Shown: one piece after another, positions 28,027-39,765 of the stretch | How positions within the stretch are numbered: position 1 is the first letter of the stretch | How the letters are laid out: each line of letters begins with the position of its first letter | DNA from: an uncultured bacterium | Lineage (GTDB): Bacteria > Acidobacteriota > Vicinamibacteria > Vicinamibacterales > UBA2999 | DNA: 64,000 bases | Assembly (NCBI GenBank): GCA_963923455.1 | Contig: CAWULT010000001.1 | Span: 65,677 to 129,676, forward strand | Direction: 5' to 3' | The notes under the pieces: generated by a model | Database searches by the model: none | Seen by the model: only the letters and a program-made list of their open reading frames with translations | What the model was told of the DNA's origin: nothing | Position numbers and translations under genes: made by a program

Positions 28027-28826
28027 GGCTCCAGCGCGTCGAGATCCGCTTCGCCGCAGCTCACGCGCTGCACGCGGATGGCGCGGCCGGTCGCGTCGTC
28101 GACGGCGACGACCACGCCGTTCAGCCGCGGGTTGCCGGTGGCGGGCTCGAACCGGCTCGGCATGCCCGTCAGGAAGCGGGCGAGGGAGCCGTCCCGGTCC
28201 ATCCCGATGATCGAGTCGTGCGGGCCGGTCATGCCGGCATCGGTCAGGTACGCGGTCCCGTTCGGCAGGATGCGCTCGTCGGCCGTCTGGACGTGGGTGT
28301 GCGTGCCGACGACGAGCGAGACCTTGCCGTCGAGATGCCAGCCCATCGCGCACTTCTCGCTGGTCGCCTCGGCGTGGAAGTCGACGACGATGACCTTCGT
28401 CTTCGTGCGGAGTGCGTCGACCTCCCGCAGCACGACGGCGAACGGGTCGTCGATGGCCTGCATGTGCACCCGGCCCATGACGTTGACGACGCCGACCAGG
28501 CGGCCGTCGCCGCTCGTGGCCAGGACGGACCCGCGTCCAGGGACGCCGGCAGGGTAGTTGGCCGGCCGCAGGAGGCGCGGTTCCTTGCCGATGTACTCGA
28601 GCACTTCCTTCTTGTCGAAGACGTGGTTGCCGGAGGTCATCACGTCGACGCCCCACTCGAGGAGCGTGTCGCCGATGTCCTTGGTCACGCCGAAGCCGGC
28701 GGCGGAGTTCTCCGCGTTGGCGATCACGAAGTCGAGGTCGTGGCGGCGAACCAGTCGCTTCAGGCCCTTCCGGACCATTTCGCGACCCGGGCGCCCGACG
28801 ATGTCGCCGATGAAGAGGATGTTCAT
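28023..28826 (-). CDS. ymdB: YmdB/TIGR00282 metallophosphoesterase
   Basis: MNILFIGDIVG, NAEN, TSGNH, DFHAEATSEK, GTHTH. Confidence 0.93.
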   Translation of the reverse strand: MNILFIGDIVGRPGREMVRKGLKRLVRRHDLDFVIANAENSAAGFGVTKDIGDTLLEWGVDVMTSGNHVFDKKEVLEYIGKEPRLLRPANYPAGVPGRGSVLATSGDGRLVGVVNVMGRVHMQAIDDPFAVVLREVDALRTKTKVIVVDFHAEATSEKCAMGWHLDGKVSLVVGTHTHVQTADERILPNGTAYLTDAGMTGPHDSIIGMDRDGSLARFLTGMPSRFEPATGNPRLNGVVVAVDDATGRAIRVQRVSCGEADLDALEP

Positions 28827-29299
28827 GGGCGGGGCGCGCCGGTCACGGGGATCGGGCGCGCAACGCCGCGACGCTCCTGGCGCTTCGGCAGCACGATCGT
28901 CAACTCGCCATCCTGCAGGACCGCGGTGGCCGCGGGAAGGTCGAAGGCCCCGGACACCCGCACCGAGCGGTGGAAGCGGCCGAATTCGCGCTCGACCAGA
29001 TGGAACTGCGGTTCGGGCTGGACGGGCGCAGGCAGCTTGACGCCCGCGACGAGGATCAGGCCCGCCCTGTAGACCACGCGCACCGCGTCGGACTGCAGGC
29101 CGGCGGCGTCCATCACGACCTCGATGCTCGCGTCGTGCTCGTAGACGTCCAGGGCGGGATGGCACTGGAGCGACAGCGCCCGCCACTCCGGGTCGAGTCG
29201 CGCTGCCAGTTCCTCGAAGATGCCCTGCAGGTCCTCGCCGAGTTCGGGGGACTCGCCCGGCCGGATGAAGACGAATTGCGCCACTGTGGCGCCCATCAT
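28823..29299 (-). CDS. Small heat-shock protein (Hsp20)
   Basis: PALDVYE, ERxFGRFHR, AVLQDGELTIVLPK, IPV tail; GGAG RBS before ATG 29299. Confidence 0.88.
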   Translation of the reverse strand: MMGATVAQFVFIRPGESPELGEDLQGIFEELAARLDPEWRALSLQCHPALDVYEHDASIEVVMDAAGLQSDAVRVVYRAGLILVAGVKLPAPVQPEPQFHLVEREFGRFHRSVRVSGAFDLPAATAVLQDGELTIVLPKRQERRGVARPIPVTGAPRP

Positions 29300-29396
29300 C
29301 GCAGTCTCCACCCCGAAGGTCAAAGGGCTCAGTGGGATTCCTGCCGCCTGCTCTGGCTCCGGATATATATGAGTGCAAGACACTAATAAAACATGC

Positions 29397-29425
29397 TTGA
29401 CAAAGACGCATGTTGTGTCTATGCT
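29397..29425 (+). promoter_or_regulatory. Sigma70-type promoter of dnaK with overlapping inverted repeats
   Basis: TTGACA (29397-29402), 17 nt, TATGCT (29420-29425); AACATGC/GCATGTT repeat flanks the -35. Confidence 0.75.
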
Positions 29426-29447
29426 TTGGTTCGGGGGAGTTCAGAAG

Positions 29448-31328
<1,881 letters not shown>

Positions 31329-31372
31329 GGGCGCGCGGCCGGCCCAGACCCGTTGATTGCGAAAAGGAGCAG

Positions 31373-31822
31373 ATGACCATGAACGCCCGATTCGACCCCT
31401 TCCGCGACTTCGCGGCGCTGCAGCAGCGCCTCAACCGCGTGTTCGGCGACGTCTATATCAGGGACGAGGAACTCGTGCCCGTCAGCCAGTGGGTGCCGCC
31501 GGTCGACATCTACGAGACGGCGAGCCACGACCTGGTGATCAAGGCGGAGCTGCCCGACATGGCGCGGGAGGACATCGAGGTCACGGTGGAGCACAACACC
31601 CTGATTCTGCGGGGCACCAAGAAGATGCCGACGGACGTCCCGGAAGAGCAGTTCCGGCGCGTGGAGCGGCGCTACGGCACGTTCAACCGCTCGTTCGCGC
31701 TGCCGAACACGGTGGATGCGTCCAAGGTCAGCGCCGACTACAGGAACGGCGTGCTGACGGTGAAGCTGCCGTTCCGGGAAGAGGCGAAGCCCCGCACGAT
31801 CAACGTCGAAGTGGCGGCCTGA
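31373..31822 (+). CDS. Small heat-shock protein (Hsp20)
   Basis: WVPPVDIYE, ERRYGTFNRSFALP, YRNGVLTVKLP, INV tail; AAGGAG RBS. Confidence 0.94.
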   Translation: MTMNARFDPFRDFAALQQRLNRVFGDVYIRDEELVPVSQWVPPVDIYETASHDLVIKAELPDMAREDIEVTVEHNTLILRGTKKMPTDVPEEQFRRVERRYGTFNRSFALPNTVDASKVSADYRNGVLTVKLPFREEAKPRTINVEVAA

Positions 31823-31893
31823 CAGGGCGACGGGCGCGGCGGGCCGTGCGGACCGTCGACAAGCGAGGCGTTTCGGGGGTAATCTGAGGGGCT

Positions 31894-32178
31894 ATGACAG
31901 AGACGAACGACGCCCTTGAACCCGCGGCCGAGGCGGTCGCGCCCGTCCCGCGTCCCAAGGCGCCGCCGATCGAGAGCCGGTTTCTCTTCGTGGACGTCGC
32001 GGCGATGCGTGCCAAGCAGTTGCGCCGCGGTGCCCTGCCGCGCCTCGACGAGGCGGACGAGCAGGAAGAGATGCCCCGCGCCCGTCCGGTCAAGTCTGAG
32101 CGGGTCGCGATGGAGGAGGTCCGGCGGGGCCTCGTGCTCTGGGACGTGACGCCTCCTCAGAAGGTGACCGAGGCCTGA
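31894..32178 (+). CDS. rpoZ: RNA polymerase omega subunit
   Basis: SRFLFVDVAAMRAKQLRRGA...VAMEEV. Confidence 0.85.
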   Translation: MTETNDALEPAAEAVAPVPRPKAPPIESRFLFVDVAAMRAKQLRRGALPRLDEADEQEEMPRARPVKSERVAMEEVRRGLVLWDVTPPQKVTEA

Positions 32179-32219
32179 TCGGAACCGGGCCCGGCCTGGG
32201 CTCGTCCTTTCCGGTCAGG

Positions 32220-32561
32220 ATGCTGACGTTCCTGCTGTTCACGGCTCTGGCCCTCGCGGCAACCGTCGTCGGGGGCCTCTTTTTCGTCCACCTCGCAGTG
32301 GGCGCCGTGTTCTGGCTCCTGCTGCTCCCGTTGCGGCTGATCTTCAAGCTGGTCTTCGGCCTCGGCGGGCTGGTCCTGGGCATGGTGATGGCACCGCTCA
32401 TCGCCGTGCTGGTGGGCGTGGCCCTGCTCGTGGCCCTGGTGCTCGGCGCGCTCGCGCTGCTCGCGCCGCTGATTCCCCTCGCGCTGCTCGCCGGATTCGC
32501 CTGGGCGCTCTATCGTCTGTTCGCCAGCCGGAAATCGCCGGTGGGGTCGCGGCCCCTCTAG
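32220..32561 (+). CDS. Small integral membrane protein
   Basis: Almost wholly hydrophobic 113 aa filling the intergenic gap. Confidence 0.65.
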   Translation: MLTFLLFTALALAATVVGGLFFVHLAVGAVFWLLLLPLRLIFKLVFGLGGLVLGMVMAPLIAVLVGVALLVALVLGALALLAPLIPLALLAGFAWALYRLFASRKSPVGSRPL

Positions 32562-33727
32562 GGCTCCGGCACGAACTCGAGCGAGAGGCGTGCGGCCGAG
32601 CCGTCCGGCCCGCTCGACCCCGCCGCCGCTTTCGCGTCGCTCCTCGGCCGGACTCTGGCCGTGACGGTCGTGCCCGGCTCGAGGACGATCGGCTCGGCGA
32701 GCCAGTAACGCCGCGCCCAGCCGCCGCCAGGCCGCGACGCGAAGAGTTCGGCCTCGGGGCCACCGGGCGGCCGCACGGTGAGCGAGACACCTGCCTCCGG
32801 GGCCTCGGGGTCGGTCGACACGGCCATCAGACGGGCCCGTCCGTCGACGGCCTGCGTCGACGGGACCCCGAGCCCGGCATCGACCTGCAGTGACTGGAGT
32901 GCGCGCGGCGCTCCCGTGGCGCCGTACAGGCCGATCACGCTGCGATCGGTCAACGACACCTGCTCGTATTGCCACGTCTTGCGATAACGCACCCGCACGA
33001 CGAGCGTCGCACCGGGCGGCACCTCGAACCCGACGCCGTGGGGCAGCGCAACGGGCGGCTCGCCGGGCACCCAGAGTCCGAGGACGCGAGTACCACCAGT
33101 GGCCGCGCCACGCCGGGTCGTCGCCGGCGCGTCCACGGTGATCGTGGCGCTGCGCACCATCTCCGGCGCGCCCGGCTTCAAGTCGACCGCGCGCAGCCAG
33201 CGGGGCGCGCTGGCCGGAAGCGGAATCGCGAGTTCGACCTGCCCTGCCTGGGCGCCAGCGCCGAGCGAGTGGGGCGCCAGCGCCAGTTCCAGGTCGGGCG
33301 TCCCGAGCGGCCAGTCGCCGGTGGCGGGCGCCGGGCCGGCGGTCGGGACTGGACCGGCAGGCGTGCCGCCGCTGGCCCACGTCAGGATGGTGTCGAGTTC
33401 CCGCGCGGTCAGGGCGTTGGCGTGGTGGAATCGGCCACGCGGCGCCTCGACGGGCCACGGCGGCATGTGCCCCGCGATGAGTTCCAGTCGGATCGACTCG
33501 GCCCACGGCGCCGCCTGTTCGGGCGTGTCGAGCGGCATCGGGGCGACGCCGCCGTCCCGGTGGCAGGAACGACAGTGCTCGCGCAGGATCGGCTGCACGT
33601 GTTCGGTGAACGTGTAGGGCGAGGTGATCGGCTTGTGGGCCTCGGTGAGGGCCACGAAGCGCGGCCACACGCCGGCGGCGCACGCGAGGGCGACGACCCA
33701 GGGCCGGAGCAACTGCCGGCCCTTCAT
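32558..33727 (-). CDS. Exported c-type cytochrome fused to degenerate Cu-monooxygenase-like beta domains
   Basis: Signal peptide, VQPILREHCRSCH...MPPW heme motif, WPLGTPDL; ATG overlaps the upstream stop. Confidence 0.72.
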   Translation of the reverse strand: MKGRQLLRPWVVALACAAGVWPRFVALTEAHKPITSPYTFTEHVQPILREHCRSCHRDGGVAPMPLDTPEQAAPWAESIRLELIAGHMPPWPVEAPRGRFHHANALTARELDTILTWASGGTPAGPVPTAGPAPATGDWPLGTPDLELALAPHSLGAGAQAGQVELAIPLPASAPRWLRAVDLKPGAPEMVRSATITVDAPATTRRGAATGGTRVLGLWVPGEPPVALPHGVGFEVPPGATLVVRVRYRKTWQYEQVSLTDRSVIGLYGATGAPRALQSLQVDAGLGVPSTQAVDGRARLMAVSTDPEAPEAGVSLTVRPPGGPEAELFASRPGGGWARRYWLAEPIVLEPGTTVTARVRPRSDAKAAAGSSGPDGSAARLSLEFVPEP

Positions 33728-34965
33728 GGAATCACCGCGAAGGCGCGCTCGACGTCGCCGGCGCGTGCGGCGAAGGCGGCGCGGGCGGCCTCGACCTGCT
33801 GCCGGTCGCCGAGATCCCCGACGGCGTCGAGCTGCCACGCGGCGCGGACCAGCGCCTGCAGCGCCGGCTCGGCGAGGCGGCGTCCCTCGGGCGTCAATCG
33901 GTCGAGCTGCGCCTCGAGCGCGATCGCCAGGTCCTTCGCCTGGAACGCGGGCACCCAGACGGCGCCGAAGTCGCCGGCGTCGACGAGGCGCGAAACCTCC
34001 GCCTCGCGGGCGCGCAGTGCCGCGAGGATGTCCCGCACCGAGGTCGGCACGAGCTGTACCGGCAACCCGGTGCCGGCCGCGATCGGTGCGGGCGCCTCGG
34101 GATCAGTCCTGCGCGGCTCGCGTGCCGCCGTCGTCGCGCGCCGCGGTGTCGCCGCGCGCGCGGCCCGGGGCCGGGGCGCCGCCACCGGCCCCGGCGGCGC
34201 CGTCGCCGCCGTGAACGTGAAGTCGAATCGATACTCCGGCGTGCCGGGCGCGAAACGGACTTTCGCCGTGAGCGCGGCGGGAAAGGCCGCCGTGTCCACG
34301 CGGGCCTCGAATGCGCCGTCGGCCGCGAGGCGCAGCGGGAACGCCGTGATCTCGGTGGTCCTGCGGCTGGCGGCATCGAACCGCTCCAGGGTGACCACGC
34401 GCGCCTGGACGGCCTTCAGCTTGTCGGCGGAGAGCGGGCGCGCGAAGTCGTCGAACAGGTGCAGACGGAACAGGCCCGCGCGCGGGTAGGTGCCTTCCAG
34501 GTGGTGCCAGTTGTCGGGTGCCATGAAGAACTGGCCGCCGAACCGTGGGTTGTGGTTGCCGTGCGGCCGCAAGGTGCGCGCGCCGATGCGGGGCGAGCCG
34601 TCGGCGCACACGCCCGGCTCCAGGTGCTCGGGGTTCGGCTCACCGCGGCAGGTCCAGGTCAGGGCCACCGTGACCGGGACGAGCGCGCGGCCGCAGATGG
34701 GGCACGTGCCCGGCCCGTCCTCGTTGACCACCGCGTGCACGGGGCAGGTCCACGCGGCAGCCAGGCGCACGGGCACCAGGTTCATCCTGCAGAGTGGGCA
34801 GGTCCCGGGCGCCCGCTCGACGACGTCCGGGTGCATCGGACACGTCATCGAGAGCGGCGGCAGGGCCGTCGCGGGGGTGGGGGTCCCGCGCTGGGCGGCG
34901 GGCGCGGAGCTCGCGACGACCAGGAGCCACGCCACCCACACGAGACCGCTGGTCCGCGCCGGCAT
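33724..34965 (-). CDS. Exported heavy-metal-binding-domain protein (CPMHP-type repeats)
   Basis: TCPMHP...CPLC, TCPVH...CPIC, a third degenerate repeat, HGNH...WHHLEG, C-terminal helical bundle. Confidence 0.78.
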   Translation of the reverse strand: MPARTSGLVWVAWLLVVASSAPAAQRGTPTPATALPPLSMTCPMHPDVVERAPGTCPLCRMNLVPVRLAAAWTCPVHAVVNEDGPGTCPICGRALVPVTVALTWTCRGEPNPEHLEPGVCADGSPRIGARTLRPHGNHNPRFGGQFFMAPDNWHHLEGTYPRAGLFRLHLFDDFARPLSADKLKAVQARVVTLERFDAASRRTTEITAFPLRLAADGAFEARVDTAAFPAALTAKVRFAPGTPEYRFDFTFTAATAPPGPVAAPRPRAARAATPRRATTAAREPRRTDPEAPAPIAAGTGLPVQLVPTSVRDILAALRAREAEVSRLVDAGDFGAVWVPAFQAKDLAIALEAQLDRLTPEGRRLAEPALQALVRAAWQLDAVGDLGDRQQVEAARAAFAARAGDVERAFAVIP

Positions 34966-34970
34966 GGTGT

Positions 34971-35951
34971 TCAGGCCTTCAGCAGGGCCTCGATCTCGGC
35001 GAAGACCAGGTCGGGCACGTCCTCCTGAAGGTTGTGCCCGCCGGGCAGGCCTCGGCCGGATACCTTCGTACCATGCGCCTTCCAGATGCCCAGCACGTCG
35101 TAGAGGCGGCCCATCGCGCCCTTCTCGGCCCACAGGACGCGCAACGGGCACGCGACCTTCTTCTGCTGATCTGCCTCGTCCCACTTGAGGTCGATCGACG
35201 CGCTGGCCCGGTAGTCCTCGCACATGGCATGGATCGTCGCCGGGTCGCGCATCGTCCGGAGGTATTCCTGCTGGATCTCGGACGTGGCTCGCGCCGCCGC
35301 CGCGTCGTTCTGGGCCTTCAACTCGTTCTCCGGCCCCGGCGCCGCGCGCAGGTAGTTGAACCAGTGGAAGTAGGCCTGGACGAACTCCACCGAGAAGTGG
35401 GTGTAGAGGTAGCGGGTCGGGACGATGTCGAGCACCGCGCCGTGTGTCACCCGCTGCGGGTGGTCGAGCATCAGGCGGTGCGCGACCCGCCCCCCGCGGT
35501 CCTGCCCGATTACGGGGAACCGATCGAAGCCGAAGTGCTTCATCACCTCGACCTGATCGAGCGCCATGGCGCGCTTCGAGTAGTTGACGTGGTTCTCGCC
35601 GTCGGGCGGCTTGCTGCTGTCGCCGTACCCACGCAGGTCCGGCACGACCACCGTGTGCGTCGCGGCCAGCTTCGGGGCGACCAGCCGCCACGAGACGTGG
35701 CTCTGGGGCGCGCCGTGCAGCAGCAGGATCGGCGGACCCGAGCCGCCGACGACGCCGTTGATCAGCGCGCCGCTGGCCTGGCCCGAACCGGTCGTCTGTA
35801 CCTTGAAGTTCCTGAAGCCAGGGAAGTACTTCAGTGTGTCACCCGGCGTGCCGGCCGGCGCCTGTGCGAACAGCGGCGCCGATGCCTGTTCCGCCAGCCC
35901 GGAGGCGAGGGAGAGGGCGCCCATCCGGCGGAGGAGTTCTCGACGGTTCAT
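34971..35951 (-). CDS. Tat-exported alpha/beta hydrolase, fluoroacetate dehalogenase-like
   Basis: MNRRELL signal; HGAPQ, DLRGYG, GQDRGGR, VLDIVP, YFHW, MCEDYRA, GGH. Confidence 0.85.
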   Translation of the reverse strand: MNRRELLRRMGALSLASGLAEQASAPLFAQAPAGTPGDTLKYFPGFRNFKVQTTGSGQASGALINGVVGGSGPPILLLHGAPQSHVSWRLVAPKLAATHTVVVPDLRGYGDSSKPPDGENHVNYSKRAMALDQVEVMKHFGFDRFPVIGQDRGGRVAHRLMLDHPQRVTHGAVLDIVPTRYLYTHFSVEFVQAYFHWFNYLRAAPGPENELKAQNDAAAARATSEIQQEYLRTMRDPATIHAMCEDYRASASIDLKWDEADQQKKVACPLRVLWAEKGAMGRLYDVLGIWKAHGTKVSGRGLPGGHNLQEDVPDLVFAEIEALLKA

Positions 35952-36003
35952 CAGTCACCTGCCTCCACGCCGGTGCGAGCGGGCGGGCGTGGTCGCCGCG
36001 AGT

Positions 36004-37479
36004 CTACAGCGAAGGCGCCGTCCGGCTCCAGTCGGTGCGGGCCTCGAACGCGTGGCCGACGCGCAGCAGCGTTGGCTCGTCGAACATGCGGCCGGTGAGC
36101 TGGAGGCCGATGGGCAGGCGGGTCGCCGGGTCGGGCCCTGCCGCGAACCCGCACGGGAGGCTGATGCCCGGCAGGCCGGCGAGGTTGGCGCTCACCGTGA
36201 AGATGTCGGCCAGGTACATCTGCAGCGGGTCGCCCGTCTTCTCCCCGAGCCGGAACGGCGGGATCGGGCTCGTCGGCATCGCGACGACGTCCACCCGCTC
36301 GAAGGCCAGTTCGTAGTCGCGGCGCAGGAGCGTCCGCACCTGCTGGGCCTTCAGGTAGTAGGCGTCGTAGTAGCCGGCGCTCAGCACGTAGGTGCCCAGC
36401 ATGATCCGCCGCTTGACCTCCGGGCCGAAGCCCTCGTCGCGGGTGCGGCTGTACATGGCCTTGAGCCCGTGCGTCTTCGCGGCCGGAGAGCGATACCCGT
36501 ACTTGACGCCGTCGTACCGGGCCAGGTTGGAGCTGGCCTCGGCCGTCGCCACGAGGTAGTACACGGGAACCGCGTAGGGCGCGTGCGGCAGCTCGACGTC
36601 GACGAGCGTCGCGCCGCCGGCGCGCAGGTCGTCGAGGGCCGCGTCGAACGCCCGGCGCACGGCCGCGTCGACCCCTTCGGCCACGAACGTGCGGGGTACG
36701 CCGACGCGGATGCCGTCGAGCCCGCGCTCGAGGTTCGCCCGCAGGTCCGGTACAGCTTCGCGTGCCGAGGTGGCATCGGCCGGGTCGACGCCCGCGATCG
36801 CCTCGAGGGCGAGCGCGGCGTCCTCGGTGCTTCCGGTGAAGGGGCCGATCTGGTCGAGCGACGACGCGAAGGCCAGCAGGCCGTAGCGCGACACCCGGCC
36901 GTAGGTCGGCTTGAGGCCGACCACGCCGCAGAACGAGGCGGGCTGGCGGATCGATCCGCCGGTGTCGGAGCCCAGCGCGATCGGCACGCACCCGGCGGCG
37001 ACCGCGGCCGCCGACCCGCCGCTTGACCCGCCCGGCGCGAAGGCCGGGGCCCACGGGTTGCGCACGGGACCATAGGCCGAGTTCTCGTTGGACGAGCCCA
37101 TGGCGAACTCATCGCAGTTCGTCTTGCCGACGATGACGGCCCCGGCCGCCTCGAGCCGCGCGGTCACCGTGGCGTCGTAGGGCGGCACGTAGGTGTCGAG
37201 GATCTTCGACGACGCCGTCGTGCGCATTCCGCGAACGCAGATGTTGTCCTTGAGGGCCACCGGAACGCCGGCCAGCGGTCCGAGGGGCTCTCCGGCCGCC
37301 CGGCGGGCGTCGACCGCGGCGGCGCGCCGCAGGGCCCCCTCGTCGTCGACGAGGTTGAACGCGTTCAGCGCGGGGTTGACGGCGTGGATCCGGTCGAGGG
37401 CGGCGCGACAGACCTCGACCGCCGACGTGCGGCCGGCGGCGACGTCGTCGCGGATGCGGCGGGCGCTGCGAAGATCCAT
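36004..37479 (-). CDS. gatA: Asp/Glu-tRNA amidotransferase subunit A
   Basis: [45 protein letters not shown]. Confidence 0.96.
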   Translation of the reverse strand: MDLRSARRIRDDVAAGRTSAVEVCRAALDRIHAVNPALNAFNLVDDEGALRRAAAVDARRAAGEPLGPLAGVPVALKDNICVRGMRTTASSKILDTYVPPYDATVTARLEAAGAVIVGKTNCDEFAMGSSNENSAYGPVRNPWAPAFAPGGSSGGSAAAVAAGCVPIALGSDTGGSIRQPASFCGVVGLKPTYGRVSRYGLLAFASSLDQIGPFTGSTEDAALALEAIAGVDPADATSAREAVPDLRANLERGLDGIRVGVPRTFVAEGVDAAVRRAFDAALDDLRAGGATLVDVELPHAPYAVPVYYLVATAEASSNLARYDGVKYGYRSPAAKTHGLKAMYSRTRDEGFGPEVKRRIMLGTYVLSAGYYDAYYLKAQQVRTLLRRDYELAFERVDVVAMPTSPIPPFRLGEKTGDPLQMYLADIFTVSANLAGLPGISLPCGFAAGPDPATRLPIGLQLTGRMFDEPTLLRVGHAFEARTDWSRTAPSL

Positions 37480-37483
37480 CGCG

Positions 37484-37786
37484 TCACCCACCGATGACCC
37501 GCGGCACCCGGAACAGGCCGGCGTCGGGCGAGGCATCGGGGGCGTTGGCGAGCACGTCTTCCACCGACAGCGAGGGGCGCTCCTCGTCGTCGCGCTCGAC
37601 GCGCTGGCCCGCGTGCACGTGCGCGGTTGCGGGCACGCCGCTCGTGTCGATCGCGCGCACCTGTTCGGCGTAGGTCAGGATCTGCGCGAGTTGCGTGGCG
37701 AAGAGCCGCTTCTCGTCGTCGGTCAGCTCCAGGTGGGCGAGCGCGGCGATGCGTTCGACGTCGGCGATCGTCAGGTCGGCGGGCAC
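37484..37786 (-). CDS. gatC: Asp/Glu-tRNA amidotransferase subunit C
   Basis: [12 protein letters not shown]...LANAP...FRVPRVI. Confidence 0.93.
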   Translation of the reverse strand: MPADLTIADVERIAALAHLELTDDEKRLFATQLAQILTYAEQVRAIDTSGVPATAHVHAGQRVERDDEERPSLSVEDVLANAPDASPDAGLFRVPRVIGG

Positions 37787-37861
37787 CTGAGGATGCTAGT
37801 CGAAGCGTTTGGTCCCTCACAAGTCGGCGCCGGCGCGGGAGGCGGTGATAATGGGCCCGTC

Positions 37862-38836
37862 GTGGACAACCTGTGTCACACCCTCGTGGGCGCCGCGTGC
37901 GCCGAGGCCGGCCTGAAGACGCGCACGCGGTTTGGCGGCGCGGCGCTGATGGTGGCGGCGAACCTGCCGGACCTGGACGTGCTGGTCTTCGCGACGTCGA
38001 TTCCGCCCGTGTCCTTCCGGCGCGGTTGGACGCACGGCGTCATCGCGCAGGCGGTGCTGCCGGTCGCGCTCACCGGGGCGTTCCTGCTGTTCGACCGCCT
38101 GAGGCGACGCAGGGACGGACCGCCCGTCCATGCGGGGTGGCTGTTCGCCCTGTCGCTCGTCGGCGTCTACAGCCACGTCCTGCTCGACTTCCTGAACAAC
38201 TACGGCGTGCGGCTGCTGGCGCCGTTCGACTGGCGCTGGTTCTACGGCGATGCGGTGTTCATCGTCGACCCGTGGCTCTGGCTGTCGCTCGGGCTCGGGG
38301 TATGGCTGTCGCGCCGGGCGTCCCGGCCGGCGCCGGCCCGTGGGGCACTGGCCTTCGCGACGGCGTACGTGGTGCTCATGCTGCTGTCGGCCCAGGCGGC
38401 CCGCTCGACCGTGGCCTCGACCTGGAGCGCGTTGCGCGGCGTGCCCGAGGCGGCGCTGGCCTCGCCGCGGGCGCTGATGGTGGGGCCGATGCCCGTGACG
38501 CCGCTGACCCGCGCGGTGATCGTCGACGCGGGCGATCATTACGAAACCGGCACGTTCTCGTGGGCCGGGAACGCGCTGACGCTCGATCCCGTCCTCATCC
38601 CCAAGCGCGACGACGCACCCGAGGTGCGGGCGGCCCGTGACACGCCGGGCATCCGCGGCATGCTCGTGTGGGCGCGCTTTCCGTTCTGGCAGGTCGAGCC
38701 CGAGGGCGACCGCGCGCGGGTGACGCTGCAGGACGTCCGCTTCCTCGGTCAGGCGGCGGCCCGGCTGGCGGGGGCCGTCGTGGTGCCGCGACCGGCTGGC
38801 GGCGGGCGCGGGCCCGGCGGGCAGCCGGGGAGATAA
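37862..38836 (+). CDS. YdjM-like metal-dependent inner-membrane hydrolase
   Basis: DNLCHTLVG, ANLPDLD, RRGWTHG, SHVLLDFLNNYG. Confidence 0.85.
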   Translation: MDNLCHTLVGAACAEAGLKTRTRFGGAALMVAANLPDLDVLVFATSIPPVSFRRGWTHGVIAQAVLPVALTGAFLLFDRLRRRRDGPPVHAGWLFALSLVGVYSHVLLDFLNNYGVRLLAPFDWRWFYGDAVFIVDPWLWLSLGLGVWLSRRASRPAPARGALAFATAYVVLMLLSAQAARSTVASTWSALRGVPEAALASPRALMVGPMPVTPLTRAVIVDAGDHYETGTFSWAGNALTLDPVLIPKRDDAPEVRAARDTPGIRGMLVWARFPFWQVEPEGDRARVTLQDVRFLGQAAARLAGAVVVPRPAGGGRGPGGQPGR

Positions 38837-38843
38837 TTCGATC

Positions 38844-39746
38844 ATGAGACAGACCACGCGACTGGCCGTGACGCTGCTGCTCGCGGCGGCCGGGCTCGGG
38901 ACGCCCGCGCCGGCCGCGGCGTGGGGGTTCGAGGCGCACATGTTCATCGCCGAGAAGGCGATTGCGCTGCTGCCGCCGGAACTGCGTCCGTTCTTCGAGG
39001 CGAACCGGGCGGCGTTTGTCGAGCGTTCGATCGACCCCGATACCTGGAAGAACGCCGGCTATGAGGATGCCGAGGCGCCGCACCATCAGCTCGATTTCGA
39101 CTGGGAGGGCTACGGCCCGTATCCGTTCCAGGGCCTGCCGCGCGATTACTCGGCGGCCGTCGCGAAGTTCGGCCGGTCGCGCATCGAGGCCAACGGCACG
39201 CTGCCGTGGCGGGCCGACGAGGTGTACGGCAACCTGCGCCGCGCGTTCGCGGGTTACGGAGGCCAGGGTCGGTTCGGGCGCTTCGCCGTCATCCACCAGG
39301 CCGCCTGGCTGACCCACTACGTCAGCGACGCGCACCAGCCCCAGCATGCCGTCGTCAACTACGACGGCCAGGCCGGCGGGCAGCGGGGGATCCACACGCG
39401 ATTCGAGGCCTACCTGTTCGAGCGGTTCCGCGACCGGTTGACGGTGGCGCCGAAAGCGCTGGCGCCGGTGACCAGCCCACGCGACTTCGTCTTCGACGCG
39501 CTGCTCGCCGGGACGCGCCTCGCTCCGCGCATCGACAAGGCGGACGCCGAGGCCATCGGCGACCGTGACGCCTACGACGATCGCTACTACGAAGCCTTCT
39601 ACAAGGGCGCCGGCCCCGTCCTCGAGGCTCGGCTCGCCGAGGCCGCGGCGGCGAGCGCCGCGATGATCGCCGGCGCCTGGGAGGCCGCCGGCCGCCCGCG
39701 GGTGCCCGTGTCGATGTCGGACCCGGTGCGTCGCAGGCGCCGGTGA
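38844..39746 (+). CDS. Secreted S1/P1 nuclease / Zn-dependent phospholipase C fold protein
   Basis: Signal peptide then WGFEAH; PD, HH, HYVSDAHQPQH, GIHTRFE Zn ligands. Confidence 0.82.
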   Translation: MRQTTRLAVTLLLAAAGLGTPAPAAAWGFEAHMFIAEKAIALLPPELRPFFEANRAAFVERSIDPDTWKNAGYEDAEAPHHQLDFDWEGYGPYPFQGLPRDYSAAVAKFGRSRIEANGTLPWRADEVYGNLRRAFAGYGGQGRFGRFAVIHQAAWLTHYVSDAHQPQHAVVNYDGQAGGQRGIHTRFEAYLFERFRDRLTVAPKALAPVTSPRDFVFDALLAGTRLAPRIDKADAEAIGDRDAYDDRYYEAFYKGAGPVLEARLAEAAAASAAMIAGAWEAAGRPRVPVSMSDPVRRRRR

Positions 39747-39765
39747 CGGTCCCCTCGGCCTAGCG

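Noticed and set aside
36004-37786. gatCA without gatB
   Set aside because: Split gat loci are common; gatB is probably elsewhere in the genome.
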